Shown: positions 15,135 to 23,914 of the stretch, piece by piece
Layout: each line of letters starts with the position of its first letter
How positions within the stretch are numbered: position 1 is the first letter of the stretch
DNA from: an uncultured Erysipelotrichaceae bacterium
Lineage (GTDB): Bacteria > Bacillota_I > Bacilli_A > RFN20 > CAG-288
Length of the DNA: 54,459 nt
Direction of reading: 5' to 3'
Assembly: GCA_902773085.1 (NCBI GenBank)
Contig: CACYDF010000089.1
Coordinates: forward strand, 1 to 54,459
Program-made: the position numbers and the translations under genes
The notes under the pieces: model-generated
Databases searched by the model: none
Told to the model about the DNA's origin: nothing
What the model saw: only the letters and a program-made list of their open reading frames with translations

Positions 15135-17105
15135 TTAGTTATTATTTCTTTCAATTATGATAGTTGAATCACTACTAGGTAAGATAGAATCTATTTTATA
15201 TCTTGTTCCAGTTTCTTCAATATAAAAAGAAAGATTATCAAGTGAAGTAATATTTAATGCATTACATAAACGAGAATAATTATCTTGAATAGTTGAACCA
15301 GGAATAATATAACAAGAAGAAGTATATTCGCCAGTAAAAGAAAGTAATATTCCTTTAGTAACTTTGTTATAGATATTAATTATAGGAGGTTCATCAAAAG
15401 AAGAAGAACCACTAATAGTTTCATTATTATTCTTTAACGAGAAAGAAGAGTCATAATAAAGGCCATCATATAAATAAGTATTATTGTTATATAATATATC
15501 ATCATATAAAGAAGGATACAAACTAGAAATAGACATATTTACTTCATTAGATTTGTAATGACCAAGAGATACATTACTAATAATATTTTTTTCATCAATT
15601 AAGGTTATTAAATTAATAATAGAAGTGTATTCTATTTTTAAATAAATAGATAGACTTCTACCAGGCATTAAAGTAGATGAAAAAAGAATTTCATTATTAT
15701 TTGATAAATAATAATAAGACTCTCCTTCAATTATTTTAGATAAGTAATCACTAGAAGAAGTTACTTTATCTTTAAACGAATTTAAATAAGAAGAAATATC
15801 ACTTCCTGAAGGAAGAAGTATTTCTTGATTTGAATAATAAGATTGATCATAAGAGTAATTATTAGGGAAAAAATAATTTATAAATAAAGAAGGGTAAGAA
15901 GTATATTGAGCAATAAGAGTTACATCATCATTGGGTAAAGCAAAAGAAAAAAGATTAATTTTTTCATTATTTACTAAGTAATGATTAAAGAATGTTGTTT
16001 CTTTTGTAGGATATTCATCTTTTATATATGATGGTAGAGAATCATATCCGTAACTTATAAAAGACAAAGAAGACTCTCCATTTAATGTTCCACCATTATA
16101 GTCAATTGTTACATTAATCTTTTTACCCCATAATAAATATAAAGAAATAGATTGTTCACCAATATCACTAGAGACAGGGAATTCTTCTTCGTAATCAGAA
16201 TCAAGGAAACAACCGATTAATTTATATTCTCTATCTCTAATATATATTTCTTTGTTTTCTCCGTATTCAATTTGACCAAGATTATTTTCAATAGTTTCAA
16301 TAATATTTGTGTAGATATTTTTGTTTTGAGCAAAAAAGGAAACTTGTAAATCATCTAATCCAAGATTAACAGTGACAGTAGAATTATCAACCCAGATAGC
16401 TTTTAATGTAATTGATTTTTTCTCTCCGCTTATTTGAGGAAAAGAAAAAGATTGGGCATTCTTATAAAAGTCTAAGAAATTATATTCGCCTTTTTCACTA
16501 TATTCATCAACCTTGTAAAAAACCTTTTTTGTATTTGGATCTGTTTGCTCAATAAGTTTATATTCAATTGCCCAATATGAAAAAGTTTTATTTAAACATG
16601 TTGCAGTAGGAAGATAGTTAGAAGAAGCAAATTCTTTTTTTTCATATCCATATAAAGTTAGATTCTCTGCATTAAAATCTCTATTTGGAGAAACAGGAGG
16701 AACTATCTTTGGTTCATATTCTTCACCGACATTTAAATCAAAAACAAAAGTTTCTTCTGGTTCAAAATAAGTATATAAAGTAGTAACACCATAAGGGTAT
16801 AGATATACTTCTTGACCAAAGAAAGGGGAAGAAGAATCAGTAATTAATCTTTTTTGTAAAAACTGATAAGAACCATTAATATATTCTCTCCATCCAACAA
16901 AATAATATCCTTCTTTTTTTGCTTGAGGAAGTCCACTAACAATGATAGTGTTACTTTCTCCTTTTATATAATTTGTAGAAAAAGAAGGATCAGCAAAAGC
17001 AGCACCTTCTTCTAAAACAAAAGTAATTGTTCCTGTTGGATTTAAGTTAGTACAAGATGATATAAACAATGAAAAAATAACAGGAAGGAATCTTTTCATC
17101 TTCAT
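15135..17105 (-). CDS. Lipoprotein with Listeria/Bacteroides-type (Flg_new-like) repeats
   Basis: Signal peptide with lipobox (FSLFISS-C). Repeated G(Y/F)xFxGW-type motifs (EGYYFVGWREY, TFSYWAIEY, YKLIGCFLD). Confidence 0.75.
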   Translation of the reverse strand: MKMKRFLPVIFSLFISSCTNLNPTGTITFVLEEGAAFADPSFSTNYIKGESNTIIVSGLPQAKKEGYYFVGWREYINGSYQFLQKRLITDSSSPFFGQEVYLYPYGVTTLYTYFEPEETFVFDLNVGEEYEPKIVPPVSPNRDFNAENLTLYGYEKKEFASSNYLPTATCLNKTFSYWAIEYKLIEQTDPNTKKVFYKVDEYSEKGEYNFLDFYKNAQSFSFPQISGEKKSITLKAIWVDNSTVTVNLGLDDLQVSFFAQNKNIYTNIIETIENNLGQIEYGENKEIYIRDREYKLIGCFLDSDYEEEFPVSSDIGEQSISLYLLWGKKINVTIDYNGGTLNGESSLSFISYGYDSLPSYIKDEYPTKETTFFNHYLVNNEKINLFSFALPNDDVTLIAQYTSYPSLFINYFFPNNYSYDQSYYSNQEILLPSGSDISSYLNSFKDKVTSSSDYLSKIIEGESYYYLSNNNEILFSSTLMPGRSLSIYLKIEYTSIINLITLIDEKNIISNVSLGHYKSNEVNMSISSLYPSLYDDILYNNNTYLYDGLYYDSSFSLKNNNETISGSSSFDEPPIINIYNKVTKGILLSFTGEYTSSCYIIPGSTIQDNYSRLCNALNITSLDNLSFYIEETGTRYKIDSILPSSDSTIIIERNNN

Positions 17106-17113
17106 ATATTTAA

Positions 17114-19327
17114 TTAATGTCTTTTTTTGAAAGGTTTATTAAAAGGTTTATTTTCTCGTGGTACTTCAACATAGTTATCAGGTTTCTTAACAAATTCTCT
17201 ATGAGAAATATCAATCTTTCCCTGGGAATCAATACTAGTAATAACAACTTTTAATTTATCGCCTAAAGAGCAGACATCTTCTACTTTTTCAACTCTATTC
17301 CAGTCAAGTTTAGAAATATGACATAAAGCATCAGTAGTTCCATATAATCTTACAAAAGCACCATAAGGTTCAATTCTAACTACTTCTCCTTCATATTCTT
17401 CACCAACTTGTGGGACTCTAGCTATATTCATAATAAGCTCATATGCTTTATTAATAGCATCATTATTTACAGAGTAAATAATAACATCTCCGCTATCTTG
17501 AATATTTATTTTTACTTCTTTGTTGCATTGGTCAATAATACTATTAATCATTTTTCCTTGTGGACCAATGATTTCTCTTATTTTATCAACAGCAACAACA
17601 AATTTCTTCATCTTTAATGCATAAGCAGAAAGTTCTTTTCGAGGTTCTTTAATTGCTTTAAGCATTACTTTTAATATTTCTTCTCTAGCGGGTTTAGCTT
17701 GATATAAAGCTTCTTTTAATATCTCTTTTGTAATACCTCTAATCTTAATATCCATTTGAAGTGCAGTAATACCTTTACTTGTTCCTGCAACTTTAAAATC
17801 CATATCACCAAGATGATCTTCAAGACCTTGAATATCGGTAAGTATTGTATAAGGGTGTTTTCCATCAAGTGGTCCTGAAGTAATAAGTCCCATTGCTATA
17901 CCACTAACAGGTGCTTTGATTGGAACACCAGCATCCATTAAAGCCATACAAGAAGCACAGATAGATGCTTGAGATGAAGAACCATTAGATTCACAAACAT
18001 CGGCAACACATCTGATTGTATAAGGGAATTCTTCTTTTGATGGAATTATATAAGAAAGAGCTCTTTCTCCTAAATTACCATGACCGATTTCTCTTCTTCC
18101 TGGAGTACCAACTCTTCCAAGTTCTCCAACAGAATATGGAGGGAAGTTATAGTGGTGCATCCATCTCTTTTCAGTTGGTCCACCAATATCATCTAATATT
18201 TGAACTTCATCTAATGAACCTAGAGTACAAGTAGAAAGAACTTGTGTTTCACCTCTAGTAAATAAAGCAGAACCATGAGTTCTAGGAAGAATAGAAACTT
18301 GTGCATCAAGAGGTCTAATTTCAGTTAACTTTCTTCCATCAGATCTTACTTTATCAATAGTAATAAGTCTTCTTACTTCATCTCTTACAACAGTTTCAAA
18401 CACTTCTTTAACTTCATTAACTGTTACATCGTGAAGTAAAGGAGTCTTATAATCTTTTGCATCATAGATATCAATAACTTCTTTTTCTAGTTCGTCAATT
18501 GTATTTTGTCTTTTTAATTTATCAGATATTGAACAAGCTGCAATAAGTCTTTCTTTATGTGTTTTCTTTTGACCATCTGATACATAGTTTAAACAATAAT
18601 TAACAAGTTCTTCATCAATTTTGTGTATATTAAGTGGTCTTTTTTCTTTACCAACCGCTTTTGCAATTTTCTTTTCAAATTCACATAATTGTTTAATAGC
18701 TTCATGACCAAACATTAAAGCTTCTAACATATCATCTTCACTAACTTCATTAGCACCAGCTTCAACCATATTGATGGCTTTTTCAGTACCTGCTACAGTT
18801 AAGTTAATTTCAGATTTTTCCATTTCTTCTTCGCTTGGATTGATCACTAACTTTCCATCAATTTTACCAACGTGGACTCCTGCGACAGGTTCATCAAAAG
18901 GAATATCTGAAATAGCAAGGGCAAGAGATGAACCAAATAAAGCAGCTATTTCTGGACTTGCACTTCTATCCATAGATAAGACAGTTGCTGTTATTTGAGT
19001 TTCATTTACATATCCTTCTGGGAACATTGGTCTAATTGGTCTATCAATTAAACGTGAAAAAAGAGTTTCTCTACTTGATTGTCTACCTTCTCTTTTTGTA
19101 AATGAACCAGGGATTTTTCCGGCTGCATATTGCCTTTCAAAATAATTAACAGTTAGGGGGAAGAAATCCTGACCTAACTTTGCTTCTTTTGCTCCACAAA
19201 CAGCACATAAGACGACTGTGTCATCTAGTCGTACTAGACAAGAACCATCAGCTTGTTTACTAATTTCACCAGTCTCAACAACAAGCTTCTTGCCATAAAA
19301 ATCTAATTTAAATTCTTTCTTTGACAT
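17114..19327 (-). CDS. pnp: Polyribonucleotide nucleotidyltransferase (PNPase)
   Basis: Two RNase PH domains (FFPLTVNYFERQYAAGKIPGSFTKREGR; GHGNLGERAL), then KH (IIGPQGKMIN) and S1 (GEVVRIEPYGAFVRL) domains. Confidence 0.96.
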   Translation of the reverse strand: MSKKEFKLDFYGKKLVVETGEISKQADGSCLVRLDDTVVLCAVCGAKEAKLGQDFFPLTVNYFERQYAAGKIPGSFTKREGRQSSRETLFSRLIDRPIRPMFPEGYVNETQITATVLSMDRSASPEIAALFGSSLALAISDIPFDEPVAGVHVGKIDGKLVINPSEEEMEKSEINLTVAGTEKAINMVEAGANEVSEDDMLEALMFGHEAIKQLCEFEKKIAKAVGKEKRPLNIHKIDEELVNYCLNYVSDGQKKTHKERLIAACSISDKLKRQNTIDELEKEVIDIYDAKDYKTPLLHDVTVNEVKEVFETVVRDEVRRLITIDKVRSDGRKLTEIRPLDAQVSILPRTHGSALFTRGETQVLSTCTLGSLDEVQILDDIGGPTEKRWMHHYNFPPYSVGELGRVGTPGRREIGHGNLGERALSYIIPSKEEFPYTIRCVADVCESNGSSSQASICASCMALMDAGVPIKAPVSGIAMGLITSGPLDGKHPYTILTDIQGLEDHLGDMDFKVAGTSKGITALQMDIKIRGITKEILKEALYQAKPAREEILKVMLKAIKEPRKELSAYALKMKKFVVAVDKIREIIGPQGKMINSIIDQCNKEVKINIQDSGDVIIYSVNNDAINKAYELIMNIARVPQVGEEYEGEVVRIEPYGAFVRLYGTTDALCHISKLDWNRVEKVEDVCSLGDKLKVVITSIDSQGKIDISHREFVKKPDNYVEVPRENKPFNKPFKKRH

Positions 19328-19501
19328 CTTTTTATTAACCTCGTATAAATCAATCTATTTTAGCATAAAACAAAAAAAGGCGAATTAATTATATAGGATA
19401 ATTAAGTTTCACTCTTTTAATTATTGACTCTTTATTGATAAAGTAGTTGCTCTTGGTTTTACTTTTATAAATACTTTTATATAATAAAGTTGTGGTAGTT
19501 T

Positions 19502-20611
19502 ATGCTTTATACAAACAAGTTATTTAGAAAAAGAGACATCTATAATCACTTAAAATATGAAGCTCTGTTTTTTAAGGCAATTAAAGAAAACTGCTTATAC
19601 TTATATAAGCACTGTGCAGAGTATAAGAAGATTTTAGATGATAAATATTTTAATATTAATAGAGATTTAAAAAGCGTTGATGATATTAGTAAAATCCCTT
19701 TTATTCCTACTTTATATTTGAAAAGACATAAACTTACAACAATTAAACATAAATCTTTAATTACAGTAACTAGTAGTGGTACTTCAAGCAGAAATAAATC
19801 AGAAATAGATTTCAATTTAGGTTTCCTTCTTAGAGCTTGGAATATGACAAGAAGAGTAGCTAAGTATCATAAACTTTGGTCAATAAAGCCAACAAGATAT
19901 TTAATCCTTGGTTACAAACCAAATAAAAAGAATCCAGCAGCAGTAACAAAAACCGCTTTTGCTGCAACCTTCTTTGCACCAGGAATAAGTCGTACTTATG
20001 CTATTGATTATGTTAATGGTGAATATAAAGTTGATTTAGATAAATTAAAGAACAAGTTAGTTAAATTTGCAAAAGGTAGATTACCAGTAAGAACTATGGG
20101 CTTTCCAGCTTACACATATTTTTTGTTAAAGCAAATGAAGGACGAAGGAATCAAAGTTAAACTACCTAAGGGAAGCAAGATTATGCTTGGAGGTGGATGG
20201 AAACAGTTCTATGCAGAGAAAGTAGACAAAGAAGAATTTTATAAACTAGCTGAAGAAGTTTTAGGGGTTAATGATAAAAATATTGTTGAGTTTTTTGGAG
20301 CAGTCGAACATCCTATTTTATATACAGATTGTAGAGAACACCATTTTCATGTTCCTATCTATTCAAAAATAATTATTAGAGATGTATCTACTTTAGAACC
20401 ACTTGAAGAAGGCAAAATAGGTTTAATTAATTTAATTACTCCTATAGCATCATCTTCTCCATTAGTATCTATTATGACTGATGATTTAGGAGTTCTGCAT
20501 TCATCTTGTAAGTGTGGAGAAAAAGGTCAGTATCTAGAAATAATTGGGCGAGTAGGAATTAAAGATATTGTTACATGTGCTCAAGGGGCAGAGGAGATGT
20601 TAAAGCAATGA
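19502..20611 (+). CDS. LuxE-like acyl-protein synthetase / adenylate-forming enzyme
   Basis: N-terminal LFFKAIKENCLYLYKHCAEYKKIL...ISKIPFIPTLYLKRHKL and the TSSGTSS adenylation motif match my memory of the LuxE family (PF04443). Confidence 0.75.
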   Translation: MLYTNKLFRKRDIYNHLKYEALFFKAIKENCLYLYKHCAEYKKILDDKYFNINRDLKSVDDISKIPFIPTLYLKRHKLTTIKHKSLITVTSSGTSSRNKSEIDFNLGFLLRAWNMTRRVAKYHKLWSIKPTRYLILGYKPNKKNPAAVTKTAFAATFFAPGISRTYAIDYVNGEYKVDLDKLKNKLVKFAKGRLPVRTMGFPAYTYFLLKQMKDEGIKVKLPKGSKIMLGGGWKQFYAEKVDKEEFYKLAEEVLGVNDKNIVEFFGAVEHPILYTDCREHHFHVPIYSKIIIRDVSTLEPLEEGKIGLINLITPIASSSPLVSIMTDDLGVLHSSCKCGEKGQYLEIIGRVGIKDIVTCAQGAEEMLKQ

Positions 20612-21864
20612 TATTATTTCAAGGTCAAGTATATAAAGATAGTAAACAAGATGAACTCATATCTAAATTATATGAGACAGCTTTGCTTACTTTAAAAAAT
20701 AAACCTCTTGATCCTTTAACTGTTATTAATGCATGTGACAAGTTATATAAAAAGGTAATGAACCACGACTTTGATGATATTATTCTACCTTTACTTGAAA
20801 CATTTGATATTTCTTATCCTTACTTTTTAGATAGTGCAAAAAACTTTTCTAAAGAAGGACTACTGACTAAATTAAAAATAGAATTAGGTGAAGATTATGC
20901 ATCTTTATCAAAATTAAAAAGCGGAACTAAAAGGCAGTATTATCCACTTGGAATTCTTTTCCATGTTGCTGCAGGAAATGTTGATGCTCTTCCTGCATAT
21001 AGTGTAATAGAAGGATTACTTGCAGGTAATATTAATATTTTAAAGTTACCTAGTGGTGATTCAGGTATATCAATTAAGTTGTTAAGTGAATTAATTAAGG
21101 AAGAACCAATATTAAAAGATTACATTTATGTATTTGATGTTCCTTCTACTGAAATAGAAACCATAAAAAGACTTGCAAATATATCAAATGGAATTGTTGT
21201 ATGGGGAGGAGATTTTGCTTTAAAATCTGCAAGAGAATTTGCTCCAATTAATTCAAAGATTATTTGCTGGGGACATAAACTTTCTTTTGCATACGCTTCT
21301 TTAGATGCTAGTGAAAAAGAACTTGAAGAGCTTGCTTCTCATATATGTCAAACTAATCAAGTACTTTGTTCTTCTGTCCAAGGGATATTTGTAGATACTG
21401 AAAAAGAAGATGAGGCTAAGAAGTTTGCAGATAGATTCTTTAATATACTTGTTAAAGTTAGTAAATCTGGTGCTAAATACGATTTAGGAATGGCTGGTAA
21501 AAATACTATTAATTTATATGTAGATAAAATGGAAGATCCTTCTTTATATCTTTTAAATAGTGATGGAGTATCTGTTGTATACAAAAAAGATAGCAAACTG
21601 GAATTATCGTATATGTTTAGAAATGTGTGGATTAAACGATTACCAAGAGATAAAATTCTTACTTTACATAAAAACAAATCTTATTTACAAAGTGTTGCTT
21701 TATTGTGCACGGATAAAGATAGAGAAATTTTGTCAACTTTACTAGCTCAAGCAGGAGTTACAAGAGTTTCTGGCCCTAACTCATCTAGACTTTTCCTAGG
21801 AGAGTCACATGATGGTCTTTATCCACTTAGAGAATATTCAAGAGTAGTTGAATTTGATAAATAA
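20608..21864 (+). CDS. LuxC-like acyl-CoA (acyl-protein) reductase
   Basis: GILFHVAAGNVDALPAYSVIEGLLAGNINILKLPS is typical of LuxC/PF05893. Start set at ATG 20608 (ATGA overlap with the luxE-like stop, GGGGCAGAGGAG SD upstream), not the ORF-track start 20575. Confidence 0.75.
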   Translation: MILFQGQVYKDSKQDELISKLYETALLTLKNKPLDPLTVINACDKLYKKVMNHDFDDIILPLLETFDISYPYFLDSAKNFSKEGLLTKLKIELGEDYASLSKLKSGTKRQYYPLGILFHVAAGNVDALPAYSVIEGLLAGNINILKLPSGDSGISIKLLSELIKEEPILKDYIYVFDVPSTEIETIKRLANISNGIVVWGGDFALKSAREFAPINSKIICWGHKLSFAYASLDASEKELEELASHICQTNQVLCSSVQGIFVDTEKEDEAKKFADRFFNILVKVSKSGAKYDLGMAGKNTINLYVDKMEDPSLYLLNSDGVSVVYKKDSKLELSYMFRNVWIKRLPRDKILTLHKNKSYLQSVALLCTDKDREILSTLLAQAGVTRVSGPNSSRLFLGESHDGLYPLREYSRVVEFDK

Positions 21865-22003
21865 AGAAACAGGAATATGTGGTTAAAAAAATCTGGAATA
21901 TAATGAAGAAGAAAAATAAATCAATGCAAAAAACTGTTTATACTATTTGTTTTTAATATTAGTATGGAAAAATCAAATTTATTTGTGAAAAAAAAGTAAA
22001 AAT

Positions 22004-22026
22004 CCCCTGGAACACGAGAAGAAAAA
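22004..22026. repeat. Palindromic element copy a (3' arm conserved, 5' arm diverged)
   Basis: CCCCTGGAACAC-GAGAAGAAAAA. Confidence 0.5.
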
Positions 22027-22205
22027 CTAATTTAAACAATAATAGTACAAAGAGAAAATATAAATAAAGTATATTTAATTTAATTAATAAACACTCTCAG
22101 CACCTAAAGTAAAACAAAAGAGACACGAAGAAGTAAAACAATTTACGCAAAACGACAATTTTATAAATATAATTGATCGAATATAAAAAATAGTAATAAT
22201 ACCAA

Positions 22206-22235
22206 TTTCTTCTCGTATAAGAGAATAAAAACACG
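22206..22235. repeat. Palindromic element copy b
   Basis: TTTCTTCTC-GTATAA-GAGAATAAAAACACG. TTCTC/GAGAA stem. Confidence 0.7.
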
Positions 22236-22326
22236 TTTTTAAATAGTTAAGTTACTTATAAATACACTATATAATTATATAAATAACAAATTAAAAATCG
22301 TCTTATTAAAATGGCAAAAAAACAAA

Positions 22327-22354
22327 TTTTCTCCTCTTATATGAGAAGAAAACG
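22327..22354. repeat. Palindromic element copy c
   Basis: TTTTCTCCTC-TTATAT-GAGAAGAAAACG. One mismatch in the stem. Confidence 0.8.
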
Positions 22355-22640
22355 CTTGTTTTGTAATAACAATAGCATGCTTATGATTGATGAGAGCGGG
22401 AAGATATTAAAGATCTACAGTCAAATTAAAAACACAAACACATACATGTAATTAAATTTTGCAAACATATCATTGTAATTTCTTTAACAAAGAATAGGTC
22501 ATAAAATTTAAAGTTAAAGTAATAATCATATTATATCAGGAAAAATCATTTTACTAATCTGAAAAAAACATATTAACTTTTTTTCATTGGATAGAGTACT
22601 AAGAAAAAAATTTAACAAAAAACAACCTTGTTAAAATATA

Positions 22641-22680
22641 AAGTTGCTAATTTGATTTTACTCTCAAACAAGAAGGAGAA
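22641..22680 (+). repeat. Direct repeat k, copy 1
   Basis: AAGTTGCTAATTTGATTTTACTCTCAAACAAGAAGGAG shares an identical 15-mer TCTCAAACAAGAAGG (22662-22676) and flanks with copy 2. Confidence 0.7.
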
Positions 22681-22842
22681 ATCAATTTTTGATAATAGTT
22701 GTTTAACAATTTATTCACTTAATAAAACACGGAATTTCAAAAGATATGACAAGTGTTAATTTTTTTAATAATATGGATAATTGTAATATGATAACACCTT
22801 CTGATATATGTGATATTTTAATATAAACAATTAACTATAAAT

Positions 22843-22872
22843 CGTTTTTTCTTCTCTTATACGGGAACAAAA
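22843..22872. repeat. Palindromic element copy d (3' arm degenerate)
   Basis: CGTTTTTTCTTCTC-TTATAC-GGGAACAAAA. Confidence 0.65.
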
Positions 22873-23132
22873 TTACTTTTTCATGCTGTTATATTAAGGA
22901 TGCAGAAGATTCTTAAATTTATACTTACTGCATTTAATAAATAAAGGAACAACAAAAAAGAAATATTATTACTATTGATTAATAAGTTTATTTTTTACTA
23001 TATCCATTTTCTTTTTTTGCTTTCAACTTACCTTTTATATATTTGATCTGTTTTATAGTGAACTAAAATTGATATATTACATCTTATAAAGAACAGGACA
23101 AAATTAAACAAAAGCAACTTTGTGATATTTTT

Positions 23133-23170
23133 AAATTGTTAATAAAGATTTGTTCTCAAACAAGAAGGTG
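23133..23170 (+). repeat. Direct repeat k, copy 2
   Basis: AAATTGTTAATAAAGATTTGTTCTCAAACAAGAAGGTG. 15-mer at 23154-23168. Confidence 0.7.
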
Positions 23171-23222
23171 TTTTCTTCTTTTTTTAAAAAGCACTATATC
23201 CTTCAGAGTTTTCATTTGCTTG

Positions 23223-23245
23223 TTTTTTCTCTTGAATGAGAATTA
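23223..23245. repeat. Palindromic element copy i (short form)
   Basis: TTTTTTCTC-TTGAAT-GAGAATTATT. Confidence 0.5.
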
Positions 23246-23348
23246 TTAAAATTTGATAATATTCATCATAATATAATATCTTGGAATTATACTTGAATCA
23301 AACCTACTTATTGTTAATTTCTTTTGTATCAAATAATTCCATAAAAAC

Positions 23349-23377
23349 CGCGTTTCTTCTCTTATATGAGAAGAAAA
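23349..23377. repeat. Palindromic element copy e (best preserved)
   Basis: CGCG-TTTCTTCTC (23353-23361) TTATAT GAGAAGAAA (23368-23376). Perfect 9-bp stem. Confidence 0.85.
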
Positions 23378-23462
23378 TGGTCATTTATAATTAATTTTTT
23401 TACATGAATTATTATTAGCAATATTATCAATATAACTAAAATGAATTTTAATCTATACTCTA

Positions 23463-23494
23463 TTTTTTCTCCCAATTATTTGTAGCTTTGTTTT
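23463..23494 (+). repeat. Direct repeat j, copy 1
   Basis: TTTTTTCTCCCAATTATTTGTAGCTTTGTTTT. Core CAATTATTTGTA at 23473-23484. Confidence 0.7.
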
Positions 23495-23605
23495 ATTAAC
23501 GATTATTTAATAGATCTAAATTTTAGTACAGAATCATAGTCAAAGTATAATAAAAGAAAGAATTATATTGAATGTTTAAAACAATAATGTAAAGCTTTAT
23601 TAAAA

Positions 23606-23630
23606 TTTTTCTTCTCGTACGCGAGAGGAT
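23606..23630. repeat. Palindromic element copy f (compensated stem, UACG loop)
   Basis: TTTTT-CTTCTCG-TACG-CGAGAGG. 7-bp stem including one G-T pair. The loop reads UACG in RNA. Confidence 0.75.
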
Positions 23631-23646
23631 TTTTCTTCTCTTATAC
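23631..23646. repeat. Palindromic element half copy f2 (5' arm plus loop only), abutting copy f
   Basis: TTTTCTTCTC-TTATAC, followed by unrelated T-rich sequence. Confidence 0.5.
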
Positions 23647-23715
23647 TTTTATTTATTATTGTTTCCTTTTTTTGTTTTACAATTTATTTTCTTATTTTTA
23701 TTTCTACTTTTTATC

Positions 23716-23744
23716 TTTTTCTTCTCTTATGAGAAGGGGAAAAG
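23716..23744. repeat. Palindromic element copy g
   Basis: TTTTT-CTTCTC-TTAT-GAGAAG-GGGAAAAG. Confidence 0.8.
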
Positions 23745-23764
23745 CAAAAAGTAGTTTAGTTTTA

Positions 23765-23796
23765 TTTTTCTTCAATTATTTGTAAATTGGCGTTTT
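23765..23796 (+). repeat. Direct repeat j, copy 2 (runs into palindromic copy h)
   Basis: TTTTTCTTCAATTATTTGTAAATTGGCGTTTT. Core CAATTATTTGTA at 23773-23784, exactly 300 bp from copy 1. Confidence 0.7.
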
Positions 23797-23820
23797 GCTT
23801 CTGGTACTTGAGAAGAAAAG
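23791..23820. repeat. Palindromic element copy h
   Basis: CGTTTTG-CTTCT-GGTACTTG-AGAAG-AAAAG. Confidence 0.65.
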
Positions 23821-23908
23821 TGGTTTTCGTTGCTTATAAATTTAATCTCTAAATAAATATATAGTTCATCTCTTTTTTAAATATAAAATAAATTTATTTA
23901 TTTTAGAT

Positions 23909-23914
23909 TATAAT
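23909..23914 (+). promoter_or_regulatory. Candidate -10 box for leuS
   Basis: TATAAT lies 19 nt upstream of the leuS ATG and just before the GGGAG SD. No convincing -35. Confidence 0.3.

Noticed and set aside
22311-22451. Small ORFs starting in or near the palindrome loops: 46 aa MAKKQIFSSYMRRKRLFCNN... at 22311-22451; MRRKWSFIINFFT* from 23366; MRRGKAKSSLVLFFFNYL* from 23729.
   Set aside because: Similarity between them is limited to the residues encoded by the palindrome itself (MRR[K/G]). The downstream peptides are unrelated. None has an SD, and copies b, d, f and h have no ATG in the loop. The conserved unit is the nucleotide dyad, not a peptide.
22004-23820. Degenerate or orphan CRISPR array
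   Set aside because: Repeat spacing is highly irregular (about 20 to 520 bp) and the repeats are imperfect palindromes of about 25-30 nt. There are no cas genes in the window, and several copies are half-sites.
22004-23820. The palindromes as Rho-independent terminators
   Set aside because: The T-run is 5' and the A-run 3' of the stem on the + strand, and because of the symmetry the same holds on the - strand. These runs extend the stem and do not provide a 3' U-tail. Stems are AT-rich with no trailing U-tract.
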